Assembly (NCBI GenBank): GCA_019358935.1
Contig: JAHHIK010000075.1
Span: 1-40,923 of the forward strand
DNA length: 40,923 nt
Direction of reading: 5' to 3'
Origin: Tolypothrix carrinoi HA7290-LM1
GTDB lineage: Bacteria > Cyanobacteriota > Cyanobacteriia > Cyanobacteriales > Nostocaceae
Shown one piece after another: positions 8,796 through 20,036 of this stretch (positions within the stretch are counted from its first letter, which is position 1; each line of letters starts with the position of its first letter). Made by a program: the position numbers and the translations under genes. Under the pieces are notes generated by a model that was given only the letters and a program-made list of their open reading frames with translations, did not search any database and had not been told where the DNA came from.

Positions 8796-8992
8796 AATGC
8801 ATCCCCCTGCATTTAAAAACGCTACGCTTTTACGCTCATGCTGTACTACTCGCTTCCCGCTCGAAGAATACCTATTTAACGAACCGCAAAGACACGAAGG
8901 ACACGAAGCAAGAAGAAAAAGAAGAACAGCAAGGTAAACTGTTGGAATTGACTAATATAGTTAAGCCTCACTTTCGTTGACAACAGTGTTCT

Positions 8993-11143
8993 ATGCCTAG
9001 TTTTTTATTAGAAGTCGGTACAGAAGAACTACCCGCAAGCTTTCTCAGTAGCGCTGTTAAGCAATGGAAACAGCGCATTCCCCAAAGTCTCTTAGCACAC
9101 AACCTAACTAGCGATGCGGTGGAAGTTTACGGTACTCCCCGACGTTTGGCTGTGTTAATTACAAATTTACCAGCGCAGCAACCAGACAAGGAAGAAGAAA
9201 TTAAAGGTCCCCCCGCACAAGCTGCATTTAAAGATGGTAAACCGACACCGGCAGCGTCAGGGTTTGCGAAAAAGCAAGGTGTAGATGTTGCTGATTTTGA
9301 AATTCGTCCGACAGAGAAAGGGGAATTTATCTTTGTTAGAAAAAAAACTCCTGGTCGTCCGGTGGCAGAAATTTTGACGTATTGTGTCAAAGAGTGGATT
9401 TTCAGCTTAGAAGGTAAGCGGTTGATGCGCTGGGGTGATGGTGATGTGAGATTTTCGCGTCCGATTCGTTGGTTAGTGGCTTTGTTGGATGATGCGGTGC
9501 TGCCGATTGAGTTGGATAATGGTTCGGAAGTTATAAGAAGCGATCGCCTAACTCACGCTCATCGTGTCTTACATCCACAACCAGTCACTATTCCCCACGC
9601 TAGTGATTATCTTACCACGTTACGTTCTGCTTTTGTCGTTGTTGATGCGGATGAACGCGCAAATACAATTAAACAGCAAGTTCTCTCATCTGTACAAAAT
9701 CTCGACGGACACGTAGAAATCTACCCCGACTTGTTAGAAGAAGTCACAAATCTCGTAGAATTCCCCTCAGCGGTTGTGGGAAAATTTGAAGCTGATTTTT
9801 TAGAACTTCCCACGGAAGTGATTACCACTGTCATGGTGAGTCATCAACGTTATTTTCCCGTCTTCAAATCGGCTAACAGCAAAGAACTACTTTCTTATTT
9901 CGTGACAATTTCCAACGGCGACCCCGCGAAATCAGATATCATTGCGTTGGGAAATGAAAGAGTTATCTGCGGACGTTTAGCTGATGGTAAATTCTTCTAT
10001 GACAGCGATTTAAAGAAGCCTTTAGAAAGCTTTTTACCGCAGTTAGAAAAAGTCACTTTTCAAGAATATTTAGGTTCGGTGCGTGCCAAGGTTGAGCGAA
10101 TCTGCAAAAATGCCGAACTTATTACAGCACAACTGCAATTAAGTCAATCAGAAACTAGCAACATTCAAAGAGCAGCTTTGCTTTGTAAAGCCGATTTGGT
10201 CAGCCAAATGGTGTATGAATTCCCAGAATTGCAGGGAATTATGGGAGAAAAATACGCTGCTAAAAGTGGAGAATCAAAAGAAGTTGCCAGAGCAATTTTT
10301 GAACATTATTTACCCAGAGGTGCAGGTGATGATTTCCCGCAAACTCTCACAGGTCAAATTGTCGGTTTAGCAGACAGGCTGGATACTTTGGTAAGTATCT
10401 TCGGCTTGGGAATGATACCCACAAGTTCATCTGACCCCTTTGCTTTGCGAAGAGCGGCAAATGCGATAGTTAATATTACTTGGTTTGGAAATTTGGCGAT
10501 TAATTTGCAAGAATTAATTGAGGAAATAGCCAGTAATTTTGCCACAGCTTATAACAAAGATAGTGAGAAGTTAAGTACGGCATTAAAAGACTTTTTCTTA
10601 CAACGCATTCGCACACTGTTGCAAGAAGAGAAATCGATTGATTATGACTTAGTGAATGCAGTATTAGGAGAAAACGATCCAGAATATGCGGAACGCGCTT
10701 TAAAAGATTTATTGGATGTACGCGATCGCGCTTTATTCTTGCAAGAAATTCGCAACGACGGCACGTTAGATAAAATCTACGAAACCGTCAACCGTTCAAC
10801 TCGGTTAGCAGCGCAAGGTGATTTAGACTTTATCCAGCTTAACCCCACGGTTGCAGTCAATCCCGAATTATTCCAAAAAGCGTCAGAAAAAGCGTTTTAT
10901 GATGGTTTAATTCAGTTAGTGCCAGAAACAGAATCCGCAAAGCGATCGCGAAACTATAGGCAGTTAGTAACAGCACTCGAAAAAATTGCTCCTGCCGTCA
11001 GCAACTTTTTTGATGGTGCAGAAAGTGTCTTAGTAATGGATTCAAATCCAGAAGTCAAGCGCAACCGATTACATTTACTCGGATTACTTCGCAATCATGC
11101 CCGTGTTTTAGCTGATTTTGGTGCCGTGGTAAAAAATTTGTAG
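8993..11143 (+). CDS. glyS: Glycine--tRNA ligase beta subunit
   Basis: [54 protein letters not shown] and NRL motifs. Confidence 0.97.
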   Translation: MPSFLLEVGTEELPASFLSSAVKQWKQRIPQSLLAHNLTSDAVEVYGTPRRLAVLITNLPAQQPDKEEEIKGPPAQAAFKDGKPTPAASGFAKKQGVDVADFEIRPTEKGEFIFVRKKTPGRPVAEILTYCVKEWIFSLEGKRLMRWGDGDVRFSRPIRWLVALLDDAVLPIELDNGSEVIRSDRLTHAHRVLHPQPVTIPHASDYLTTLRSAFVVVDADERANTIKQQVLSSVQNLDGHVEIYPDLLEEVTNLVEFPSAVVGKFEADFLELPTEVITTVMVSHQRYFPVFKSANSKELLSYFVTISNGDPAKSDIIALGNERVICGRLADGKFFYDSDLKKPLESFLPQLEKVTFQEYLGSVRAKVERICKNAELITAQLQLSQSETSNIQRAALLCKADLVSQMVYEFPELQGIMGEKYAAKSGESKEVARAIFEHYLPRGAGDDFPQTLTGQIVGLADRLDTLVSIFGLGMIPTSSSDPFALRRAANAIVNITWFGNLAINLQELIEEIASNFATAYNKDSEKLSTALKDFFLQRIRTLLQEEKSIDYDLVNAVLGENDPEYAERALKDLLDVRDRALFLQEIRNDGTLDKIYETVNRSTRLAAQGDLDFIQLNPTVAVNPELFQKASEKAFYDGLIQLVPETESAKRSRNYRQLVTALEKIAPAVSNFFDGAESVLVMDSNPEVKRNRLHLLGLLRNHARVLADFGAVVKNL

Positions 11144-11225
11144 CCTAAGGTAACAAAAAATGGTGTAAATTATGCCAAGAAACGCTACTATAGTGAGACT
11201 TAACCAGGGATAACTGCTACAGTCT

Positions 11226-12764
11226 ATGTCCAAAGCTCATGTAATTGGATTCGGAAAGTCCGGTGTTGCTGCGGCGAGATTGTTGAGAAAGGAAGGTTGG
11301 GAGGTGGTGCTTAGTGATTCTGCTAATGCGGATATCCTTGCTTCACGCAACACCTCCGAAAACTTCCTTCAACAGCAACAAGAACTTGCCGCCCTGACAA
11401 TAACTGTTAAATTGGGATATTCCCTGGATTTGAATGATTTCGATTTACCACAGTTAATTGTCGTCAGCCCAGGTGTACCTTGGGATATTCCCCTGTTAGT
11501 CAAAGCGCGAGAATTAGGGATTGAAACTATCGGCGAAATGGAACTCGCTTGGCGTCATTTACAAACTATACCTTGGGTGGGAATTACTGGTACTAACGGT
11601 AAAACTACCACCACAGCCTTAACAGCCGCAATTTTTCAAGCCGCCGGATTTAACGCCCCCGCTTGCGGTAACATCGGCTTGGCAGCTTGCGAAGTCGCAC
11701 TTTTTCAGGATGAGGGACAAGGGGGACTAGGGGGACAAGGGGGACAAGGAGGACAAGGAAGACAAGGGGGACAAGGAGAAATTTCTCCTTTATCTTCCCC
11801 CACTCCTCCCCTCCCCCCCTCCTCCACTCCTCCCCTCCCCCACTCCCCAATCGATTGGGTAATTGCTGAATTTAGCAGTTATCAAATAGAATCTTCTAAT
11901 ACTGTTGCTCCGCGCATCGGTGTTTGGACGACTTTTACACCAGATCATCTTGCTCGTCATAAAACTTTAGAAAACTATTACAATATCAAAGCGAAATTAT
12001 TGCGGCAGTCTCAGCTAGAAGTTTTCAATGGGGATGATGCGTATTTAAGCAAGGTGGGTGCAAGTCAGTGGAGTGACGCTTATTGGACAAGTGTTAAAGG
12101 TAAAGATCATCTGATTGGTGAGAAAGGTTTTTATATAGAAGATGGCTGGGTTGTCGAATTAAACAACTCAGCACCCGAAAGAATAGTTGAAGTGTCAGCT
12201 TTGCGGATGGTAGGCGAACACAATCAGCAAAATCTGCTAATGTCGGTAGCAGCAGCGCGGTTGGCGGGAATTGAGAAAGATGCTATATCTGGTGCAATTC
12301 GTGAATTCCCTGGCGTTCCCCATCGCCTTGAGCATATCTGCACTTGGGAAAATGTCGATTTTATCAACGACAGCAAAGCGACTAACTACGACGCCGCAGA
12401 AGTTGGTTTAGCATCGGTGCAAGGTCCGGTGATTTTGATTGCTGGTGGTGAAGCGAAAGCTGGGGATGATACAGCGTGGCTGGCAAAAATTAAGGCGAAA
12501 GCGGCTGTGGTATTACTTATAGGTAGTGCGGCTGAAAGTTTTGCCAAACGCTTAGAAGAGGTGGGGTATGATAGTTACGAAATTGTGGAAACAATGGAGA
12601 ATGCGGTTAAGCGATCGCCATCCTTAGCACTCACATATCAAGCGTCTGTAGTGCTGCTGTCTCCAGCTTGTGCGAGTTTTGACCAGTATCCTAATTTTGA
12701 AGCGCGTGGTGATGATTTTCGGGCTTTGTGTTTTAGTCGTTTTTTAAACGCAAAGGAGCGCTAA
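11226..12764 (+). CDS. murD: UDP-N-acetylmuramoyl-L-alanine--D-glutamate ligase with an in-frame low-complexity insertion
   Basis: [41 protein letters not shown] and [10 protein letters not shown] motifs. Confidence 0.96.
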   Translation: MSKAHVIGFGKSGVAAARLLRKEGWEVVLSDSANADILASRNTSENFLQQQQELAALTITVKLGYSLDLNDFDLPQLIVVSPGVPWDIPLLVKARELGIETIGEMELAWRHLQTIPWVGITGTNGKTTTTALTAAIFQAAGFNAPACGNIGLAACEVALFQDEGQGGLGGQGGQGGQGRQGGQGEISPLSSPTPPLPPSSTPPLPHSPIDWVIAEFSSYQIESSNTVAPRIGVWTTFTPDHLARHKTLENYYNIKAKLLRQSQLEVFNGDDAYLSKVGASQWSDAYWTSVKGKDHLIGEKGFYIEDGWVVELNNSAPERIVEVSALRMVGEHNQQNLLMSVAAARLAGIEKDAISGAIREFPGVPHRLEHICTWENVDFINDSKATNYDAAEVGLASVQGPVILIAGGEAKAGDDTAWLAKIKAKAAVVLLIGSAAESFAKRLEEVGYDSYEIVETMENAVKRSPSLALTYQASVVLLSPACASFDQYPNFEARGDDFRALCFSRFLNAKER

Positions 12765-12840
12765 GGTTTCGCGAAGGGTCGCAGAGTTTTTTGATGGGTG
12801 GGGTTGGCGATCGCTTGTAAGATTTAGAGTAAGTATAGAG

Positions 12841-14574
12841 GTGAGTTTTATGCATAGCGATCGCCTAAACAACACAAGTAATTTAAGTCCTAAGTTTGAA
12901 GGCTTTTTTATTGAGATGGTAATGCCAGGACAAAAGCAAAGAGTCCAGGAAATTGTGAAGTTAGCTTTTGGTTTGGATGGTCAGGTGAAATCTGTTGGTG
13001 ACAATCGCACTGAGTTTCAAGTCACTCTCAACAAGAAAGTTTTATCAGTGAAGGATGCTTGGGATAAATCTTATAATCTGCGATCGCAACCGGGAGTGGT
13101 GGATGCACAACCATTGTTTGCGGTTCCCCTAGCTGATAATTTGCAATCAGAACCTATAGGTGACACTCAGGGTCAAATAGAAGAACAAAGCAGTGATGTA
13201 GAATGGGGTCTTAAGCAAGTTCGAGTTTTTGAGGCATGGTCGCGCTTTTTCCCTGACCCGAAGCGACCACCAGGACATGATATTATTATTGGGCTGCCGG
13301 ATACAGGTTATTCAGAACATCCAGAAATTATTCGTAATTTGCTTTTGGCGAAAGGCTACGATTTTCTTAAAAAAGATAAGGACCCAAAAGATGAACTAGA
13401 AAGGTCTTTTGGTGAAGTTATAAATAATCCCGGTCACGGTACTTCAACAGCAAGTATAGCCATCAGTCCCAGAGGAACGCAAGGCGATTATCTCAGTGGC
13501 AAAGCTGTTACGGGAGTTGCACCCGGAGCAAAAGTAGTACCTCTGCGAGTTTCGTATTCAGTGGTATTACTGAGCGTGCAAAATCTGGCTGAGGCGATCG
13601 AGTATGCGGCAGATAATAATATCCATGTTTTGTCAATCAGCTTGGGGACTGGTTTCTTTAACCAGCGTTTGCGGAGTGCGATAATTTATGCTCAAAAACG
13701 AGGCGTAATTATAGTAGCAGCATCTGGCACTTTTGTTCCCTACGTAGTTTGGCCCGCTGCCTATGATGAGGTGATTGCTGTAACTGGTAGCAACGTACTG
13801 CGTCAGATTTGGTCGGGTGCATCGCGAGGACCTCAAGTTGATGTTACCGCACCTGCTGAGAAAGTTTGGTATGCGAAAGTCGAGAAGATAGATAATGAAC
13901 TTAGATATAATATACTTCAAGGCTCTGGGACTTCATTTTCTGCGCCACTAGTTGCGGGTGTAGCGGCTTTATGGCTGTCGTATCATGGACGAGAGCAATT
14001 AATTAAGCGCTACGGTGCCGAAAAGATTCCTTTTATCTTTAATCAGATTCTGCGCGATAGTTGCGAAAAGTTCCCGACATGGAAGCCGAACAAATTTGGT
14101 GCAGGAATTGTCAATGCAGAGAAAGTTCTTGCTGCACCATTACCTGATAATGTTAGGCTTGCGCTGATTGCACCAGCGATCGCCTTACAACAACATCCAG
14201 CTATAGACAACGGAAGGCTAGAAACTTTCGCCCATCTGTTTGAAAACCAACTATCCGACAGTCAACCAAAAGCTAATTTTATCGCACCTGCAAAAGATAA
14301 CACGAAACTGCAAGCATCTCTAGCGGAACTGTTGCAAACAACAGAAACTCAGTTACCACAACGATTGAAAGAGGTAGGGCAAGAGTTAGCTTTTCATATT
14401 ACTACAAATCCAAAGCTTTATCAGCAATTAGCAAAGGCTTTATCTACTGAAAAGTCCGATCCGAATCAGTTGAAAACGAGGTCTTTAACTGAGTCATCAT
14501 CAAACAATTTGGATTCGGTGCGCGAGATATTGTTGCAAAATGTATCTGAAGTTTTGAAAACAAAGCTGAGATGA
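12841..14574 (+). CDS. S8 subtilisin-like serine peptidase
   Basis: Catalytic triad motifs PDTG, HGTSTAS and GTSFSAPLVAG. The start is uncertain (GTG 12841 or ATG 12850). Confidence 0.92.
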   Translation: MSFMHSDRLNNTSNLSPKFEGFFIEMVMPGQKQRVQEIVKLAFGLDGQVKSVGDNRTEFQVTLNKKVLSVKDAWDKSYNLRSQPGVVDAQPLFAVPLADNLQSEPIGDTQGQIEEQSSDVEWGLKQVRVFEAWSRFFPDPKRPPGHDIIIGLPDTGYSEHPEIIRNLLLAKGYDFLKKDKDPKDELERSFGEVINNPGHGTSTASIAISPRGTQGDYLSGKAVTGVAPGAKVVPLRVSYSVVLLSVQNLAEAIEYAADNNIHVLSISLGTGFFNQRLRSAIIYAQKRGVIIVAASGTFVPYVVWPAAYDEVIAVTGSNVLRQIWSGASRGPQVDVTAPAEKVWYAKVEKIDNELRYNILQGSGTSFSAPLVAGVAALWLSYHGREQLIKRYGAEKIPFIFNQILRDSCEKFPTWKPNKFGAGIVNAEKVLAAPLPDNVRLALIAPAIALQQHPAIDNGRLETFAHLFENQLSDSQPKANFIAPAKDNTKLQASLAELLQTTETQLPQRLKEVGQELAFHITTNPKLYQQLAKALSTEKSDPNQLKTRSLTESSSNNLDSVREILLQNVSEVLKTKLR

Positions 14575-14596
14575 AATAATACTCTGTGGCGGAACT

Positions 14597-14892
14597 CCCT
14601 AGCTCGTAGTGAGCGGTTTACCCAACGGGAGAGCCAGTCGCTCATGGGGGAAACGACGGCAGATGCGTGACTGTCGGCAGAGCCGACGGCAGGTGCTTCA
14701 ACGGAGGGAACCTCACGAGCGGGTTCGCCACTACGAATAGACGGTACAGGCAACCGCGCTGCCTTGACTCACCGCAACGCACTGCCTCCCCAACGCACTG
14801 CCTCCCCTTGGCGCTAGCCTCTCCCTTTGGGAGAAGACAGCGCTGGCTCACCGCTCATAGCAAGGCTTTCAAGGGATAGAGCCGCTTACTGC
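14597..14892. repeat. Nested composite of short dispersed repeats
   Basis: GC-rich intergenic block. It shares motifs (GCTTCAACGGRGGGAACC, CGCACTGCCTCCCC, CAGTCGCTCATGGGGG) in either orientation with 38340-38535. Confidence 0.75.
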
Positions 14893-15002
14893 ACTGGTGT
14901 AAATACATAGAAGTAAGTAAATAAGCAATCCAGATAAATGCTCATGACATTCTGTGTACTACCAAATACATTGGACTCTGGAAACACAAGATAGACTATT
15001 TC

Positions 15003-16091
15003 ATGAGCTTTTTTCCCTTTTTGATCAGGCGGTTGCAGCTATCTACTTTACTGATATTCATAGCTAGTGTAATTGTCACTCTTGTTCTCGGCTGTATGCC
15101 AACTCCCAGCCAAACTCCTACACGAGACAAGTTTCTCCAACCCTTTTCATCCACATCGGTTTGGAATATGCCCATAGGCTCAAATGCCCAATACATACCT
15201 GCTGGAATAGACAAGGCAGCTTATGGTGGGGTAGACCAAGAGTATTTCTACAAACTCAAAGCAGACGATCCCTACCGTCCAGTTTATGTTCCTGGTGCTT
15301 GGGGTGAAGGACGCTGTACAGGCACTAAACCTGTGGAATTGTGGCTGCCCATTCCAGACGATTTAATTGTTCCAGATGCCACGACTAAGCCCTACAGCAC
15401 ACCCAACAATGGGAGTGCCTTTCTCATGCCAGACGGTAAAACCTTAGTACAGCTTGAACCCCTGGCTCGTTGTCAACATGGAGGTTCAATTTATGGTTGG
15501 CGTTATCCCAACATTGATATTTACGGAGAGGGAATAGGGGGAGCGCATTTTGGTTCTGGTCTTTCTGCTATTGGTGGGTCTGTTCGCAAAGGTGAACTCA
15601 CCAGCAATCAGCCTATTCGTCATGCATTAAAAGTTCTTCTTTGGGGAGAAAAATATCTTTATTACTCAAAGGAAAATCCTGGGCATCGCTGGCCCGCAGA
15701 TCGTGCAGATGCCAATGCTGCCAAACAGTATCATGGTAAAAACCCCGCGCTTGTGCAAGGAGCGCTTTTAGCAATTCTTCCCAGCCAAACCGAAGAAAGT
15801 CTTAACTTGCAAACACCTGCTGCGAAAAAAATATTTCATGCCTTGCAAGATTACGGTGCTTATGTTGTTGATGATGCCGGTTGGGACGCTCATTACCTCG
15901 CTGTGGAAAGAGGAGTTTTGGATGAGTTTCGCAAAACCTTCGGCTATGATTTCGAGGGTACAAGCGGACAGTTCCACGACGACTTTATGAAGCTATTTCA
16001 AGCGTTGCAAATTGTCGATAACAATAAAGCAGACAGTCTTGGTGGTGGTGGAACTCGGCGTGCTGCTCTTGCTCCACCGATTGGAAACTGA
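15003..16091 (+). CDS. Exported protein / putative lipoprotein of unknown function
   Basis: Hydrophobic N-terminus ending LVLG-C; Gly/Pro/aromatic-rich body with ALQDYGAYVVD. Confidence 0.7.
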   Translation: MSFFPFLIRRLQLSTLLIFIASVIVTLVLGCMPTPSQTPTRDKFLQPFSSTSVWNMPIGSNAQYIPAGIDKAAYGGVDQEYFYKLKADDPYRPVYVPGAWGEGRCTGTKPVELWLPIPDDLIVPDATTKPYSTPNNGSAFLMPDGKTLVQLEPLARCQHGGSIYGWRYPNIDIYGEGIGGAHFGSGLSAIGGSVRKGELTSNQPIRHALKVLLWGEKYLYYSKENPGHRWPADRADANAAKQYHGKNPALVQGALLAILPSQTEESLNLQTPAAKKIFHALQDYGAYVVDDAGWDAHYLAVERGVLDEFRKTFGYDFEGTSGQFHDDFMKLFQALQIVDNNKADSLGGGGTRRAALAPPIGN

Positions 16092-16114
16092 AGAATAAGC
16101 GAGGGGCAACCGTC

Positions 16115-16159
16115 GTAGAGACGTTCCGACGTAGAGACGTTCCGATGGAACGTCTCTAC
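16115..16159. repeat. GTAG-type REP-like palindrome (1.5 copies); other copies at 34479-34507, 34564-34592 and 40628-40656
   Basis: GTAGAGACGTTCC-N3-GGAACGTCTCTAC. Confidence 0.9.
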
Positions 16160-16181
16160 AATATGTATGATTTGCCAGATA

Positions 16182-17069
16182 TCAAGAACCAAAAGCGAAT
16201 AATTTTCTCATTTTGGCATTTATGTATGGTTGCCTTATTTTCGCATCTTTCAAAAGAGAGATAAAATCTGAAAGTGAGATTTTTTCTTGTTTAACAAACT
16301 CCATTGGTTTAAATTCAAAAAAGGATTTTTGACTATACCAAGTCAGTAACATTTTATTTTTTAAAAATATAAAAGGTGTCTGATTAGCCAATTTTAAGTT
16401 TGATTTTAAATGAGTAGGAAAATTATCATAAACAGCAGAAAATGCTTCTGTAATTATTGCGATGCCGGAAGTTTTCAGCATTAAGTTAATATCTCTAATA
16501 GCGGCAACGGGGTCAGTCAAATGTTCTAAAACTTCAAAAGAAAGTACAACATCATACTGAGATGTCAGACAAGAATTATAGTCAGAGATAAGATTTACGC
16601 GATCGCCTATCAAATCGTAATGGGCAAACCGCTTTGTAGCAAATTCGTATGTTTTACTTCCAGGAATGTCGAAATAGTTAATTTTAAAGTTGTTTCTCAC
16701 AAGTTCTAAAGAATCATTGCCGGTGCCGTCACCTAACATGAGAATTGCTAATTCATCAAGTGCGCGATTATTTTTTTGGGCGTATAAGCGAATCCTTTCA
16801 ATCGCTTGTTGAATCCAAAGCTGTCTTTCATGTGATGCCCAAAAAACCATAGTCTCAATTATTAATCCATATCCTTCTTTGTAGAGTTGTTCCATCTTGT
16901 CGTCATATTGATGCGGAGTTACTCCAAAATGCTTTGCTTCTTGGATTACAGTTCCCTCGCCTAAAGCCTGCATCCACACTCTATGTTCTACTTCCGGTCT
17001 GGGTAAATCGGTAAAATTAACTAGTTCATCAACAATTTCCTGATAACTCAAAGGAAGTTTAATGTTCAT
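16182..17069 (-). CDS. Class I SAM-dependent methyltransferase, last gene of the polysaccharide cluster
   Basis: LMLGDGTG and YDVVLSFEVLEHL motifs. Confidence 0.8.
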   Translation of the reverse strand: MNIKLPLSYQEIVDELVNFTDLPRPEVEHRVWMQALGEGTVIQEAKHFGVTPHQYDDKMEQLYKEGYGLIIETMVFWASHERQLWIQQAIERIRLYAQKNNRALDELAILMLGDGTGNDSLELVRNNFKINYFDIPGSKTYEFATKRFAHYDLIGDRVNLISDYNSCLTSQYDVVLSFEVLEHLTDPVAAIRDINLMLKTSGIAIITEAFSAVYDNFPTHLKSNLKLANQTPFIFLKNKMLLTWYSQKSFFEFKPMEFVKQEKISLSDFISLLKDAKIRQPYINAKMRKLFAFGS

Positions 17070-17125
17070 AGTCTTGTACCGCTAACTTCAATTACATTGT
17101 AGCTAGGACGCTTAGATTAGCCTAA

Positions 17126-17280
17126 GAGGATGTTTGAAAAGTCGCAAAGTATACAAAAAGACCCCTCTCCAAACCTCTCCCCCTGTGGGGGAGAGGCTTT
17201 GAAACCCCCCTTCCCTCTTAGGGAAGGGGGGTAGGAGGGTTAGGTCTCTTTGTCAAATCTAATACTTTTCAAACATCCTC
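17126..17280. mobile_element. MITE with 17-bp TIR and TAA target duplication
   Basis: TAA-GAGGATGTTTGAAAAGT...ACTTTTCAAACATCCTC-TAA. Confidence 0.88.
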
Positions 17281-17295
17281 TAAGCGCCTTTCTTG

Positions 17296-18681
17296 TCAAG
17301 ACTTTAATATTTGTAAATAGCCAACAAGGGTATTTCTTTCTTTAGTTGATGTTAGTGGAAGCAGTAGTAACAAACAAGACAGGTAACGACCTGAACCGGG
17401 TAATGTACTTAAAATTAAAACAGCAATGGTGATGCCATACCAAACCAAAGCTTTAGTGTAATTTAAATTGCCCAATTCTTTGACTATATATATATGAAGT
17501 AGTAGGTAACTAGCTAATGCACATATTTCTGCCCAGCCATAACCAACTATTCCCAGCTGCGGCACTAGCAAAAACGCACCACCGGCAAAAAGTGCGACAT
17601 GAGCTGCATGAAACCAAGCAACTAATAAATTTCTACCCAGCAGATAAAGTACTGAGCAATGTAGATTGAAGATGGAATTGGAAAGATAGCCAACGGCAAT
17701 AAATGGAAAGACGTGCAGCACTGGAGTCCAATTTTTTCCAAAAATCAGTAATAATACTATCGGACCGAGCAGGGCAAAACCTGCCATTGGAACGCCAACT
17801 GCTAGCGCTTGCAAGCGCATTCCCTCTTCAATACTGTGACGCAGGCGAGTTTTGTCATTTTCGAGTTTAGCAAGCGCTGCCATAGCTAAACGCCAAGTTA
17901 CTGACTTCGCAAAGGAAAGCATTTCGACTAAGCGAATGGCAAGAGAAACAAAACCCACAGCTTCAGCGCCGGCGAAACGTCCAACAATGACTGGATTAAC
18001 AAGCGATCGCAATTGCCATAACCAAGTCGAACTAGAATAGCTTAAGCCATACTTCAGCATCTCCCGAATTAAACTTGGCTTCCAGCACAAGCGCGGACGA
18101 AGTTTAGTACTCGAATAAGTCAGCGCAACCATAGTGATTTGCTGAAGCCACAAACCAGCAGTAGGCGCCCAAGCACCAGCTTGTTGATGCGCTAGTGGCA
18201 GCGCTATTACATAGTAGCTAATTTGACTGATTAACTCGATGTATGCCACACGCTTAAAATTTAAGTCGCGGTCGAGTTTAATTGTTAAAGGTATATTTAA
18301 CAATGATAAAGGTAAAGTCAAACCCAAAGCCGCCAAAAACGGTGCGGCTTCTGGAAGGTTAAGCATTTGGGCGATAATATGTTGCCCTAATACCAAACTA
18401 AGCGCAAAGGTTGCACCAAAACATAGCAACAGAGTAAAAGCTTGGTCATAATCTTCTTGCTCTGGGTTGCTGGTTTTGCGTAATAAATAAACATCCAAAC
18501 CCCATATACCCAAACCCCCCAAAAAGCCGACAATTCCATAACCTACTCCATACAATCCGTACTGGGCAGGTCCAATAACTCTCGTAATAAATATTACTCC
18601 TATTAGACTGAGTAATATTCCCAGAGCTTGTCTTACAACCAGTAAGGCTCCACCCTTAATGACTTGATTACGCAGTCCCAC
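17296..18681 (-). CDS. wzx: Wzx-type oligosaccharide flippase
   Basis: Polytopic membrane protein; [10 protein letters not shown], 'RDLNFKRVA' and [13 protein letters not shown]-family patterns; cluster context. Confidence 0.85.
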   Translation of the reverse strand: MGLRNQVIKGGALLVVRQALGILLSLIGVIFITRVIGPAQYGLYGVGYGIVGFLGGLGIWGLDVYLLRKTSNPEQEDYDQAFTLLLCFGATFALSLVLGQHIIAQMLNLPEAAPFLAALGLTLPLSLLNIPLTIKLDRDLNFKRVAYIELISQISYYVIALPLAHQQAGAWAPTAGLWLQQITMVALTYSSTKLRPRLCWKPSLIREMLKYGLSYSSSTWLWQLRSLVNPVIVGRFAGAEAVGFVSLAIRLVEMLSFAKSVTWRLAMAALAKLENDKTRLRHSIEEGMRLQALAVGVPMAGFALLGPIVLLLIFGKNWTPVLHVFPFIAVGYLSNSIFNLHCSVLYLLGRNLLVAWFHAAHVALFAGGAFLLVPQLGIVGYGWAEICALASYLLLHIYIVKELGNLNYTKALVWYGITIAVLILSTLPGSGRYLSCLLLLLPLTSTKERNTLVGYLQILKS

Positions 18682-18705
18682 AGTTACTCCAAAAAGCGAT
18701 TAGAT

Positions 18706-19009
18706 ATTGGGCATTGGGCATTGGGCAATGGGCATTGGGCAATGGGCATAGGGCATTGGGCATTGGGCATTGGGCATTGGGCATTGGGCATTGGGCATTG
18801 GGCATTGGGCATTGGTAATAATTCTTTTCAAGCGTCCAAGCGTCCAAGCATCCAAGCGTCCCCATTCCCTATTCCCCATGCCCCATGCCCATTGCCCCAT
18901 GCCCAATTACCCATTACCCATTACCCATTACCCATTACCCATTACCCATTCCCCATTCCCGATTCCCCATTCCCGATTCCCCATTCCCCATTCCCCATTC
19001 CCCATTCCC
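18706..19009. repeat. Large STRR heptamer complex, inverted arrangement
   Basis: (TTGGGCA)n, then (CAAGCGTC)n, (CCCATTA)n and (CCCCATT)n. Confidence 0.92.
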
Positions 19010-19969
19010 TTAAATTGCGCGAAATGACAAACGACGACGTAAAGCACGATTAAACGATCGCACTTTTTCATAACCCTCAAATCCCAGCCATTCTAGTGCG
19101 GCGATCGCTACACTTAAGCGGATAACCCAAGGTTTTAAAAGCAGTTGGGGATAGTTGGCGATCGCTAAGTTGCGATAATGTGCCGCTTGTTGAAAATCTT
19201 TGTTATCTATAGACCTCCAAGCAAGATAAATATACAATCTTCCATAGCTTTGCGGTCTAAGATACAATACTTCTGTTGGCAAAGCTCGATATGTTTTCTC
19301 AATCAATCGCCGGAAACCTTCTAACATTGACTGGCAATCTTTTGATTTATTATTAGGATGCTGTCGATATTTCACTAAAGGTTCTTTTATCACTGCATAG
19401 TGATAACGAGAGGCGATTCTGATCCACATATCTACATCTTCGATGTAGCTACTTTCATCAAATAAGCCAAGAGTTTCAAAACAAGAACGGCGAATCATCG
19501 GTGAGCTTCCACAACAAACCGAACTATCACACGATTCAAAAACCTTTTTGTAGACATCACCTTCTTCAGTATGCCTCATAACTATGCCTGTGAGCTTACC
19601 GCTTTCATCCATGTAAGCTGTCCAAGCATCAACTAGACCAACTAAAGGATTATTATCTAAACAATTTGCTTGTTTTTCTAACTTAGTCGGTTCCCAAATA
19701 TCATCAGCATCTAAAAAGGCAATATATTCGCCTTGAGATTCCGTAATTCCTTTATTTCGTGCCGCAGCCGTACCTTGATTTTCTTGGGAAATAACTTTGA
19801 TTCTGGGGTCAGTTATTTGAGAACCCCATTCCACAATTCCATCGGAACTACCATCATTAATAATCAATACTTCAAAATCAGTCAAAGTTTGCTGCAAGAC
19901 GCTCTCCACGGTTTCGGGGAGGTATTTCATTGCATTATATGCGGGAACAACAACGGATACTTTTGGCAT
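19010..19969 (-). CDS. Glycosyltransferase family 2
   Basis: [21 protein letters not shown] and ED motifs; SD-like GAGGTG before MPKV. Confidence 0.93.
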   Translation of the reverse strand: MPKVSVVVPAYNAMKYLPETVESVLQQTLTDFEVLIINDGSSDGIVEWGSQITDPRIKVISQENQGTAAARNKGITESQGEYIAFLDADDIWEPTKLEKQANCLDNNPLVGLVDAWTAYMDESGKLTGIVMRHTEEGDVYKKVFESCDSSVCCGSSPMIRRSCFETLGLFDESSYIEDVDMWIRIASRYHYAVIKEPLVKYRQHPNNKSKDCQSMLEGFRRLIEKTYRALPTEVLYLRPQSYGRLYIYLAWRSIDNKDFQQAAHYRNLAIANYPQLLLKPWVIRLSVAIAALEWLGFEGYEKVRSFNRALRRRLSFRAI

Positions 19970-20036
19970 GTTTTCACCTCTCAAATTGTATACTTTGGTA
20001 ATTAACACCAAATCAAGTTTAAATTGCTGTTTTTTC

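Noticed and set aside
14466..14879. Short ORFs in the GC-rich intergenic block
   Set aside because: Translations of nested dispersed repeats.
18664..19053. GIGHWAL / CPMPNAQ ORFs as peptide precursors
   Set aside because: STRR heptamer artefacts; no maturation enzymes nearby.
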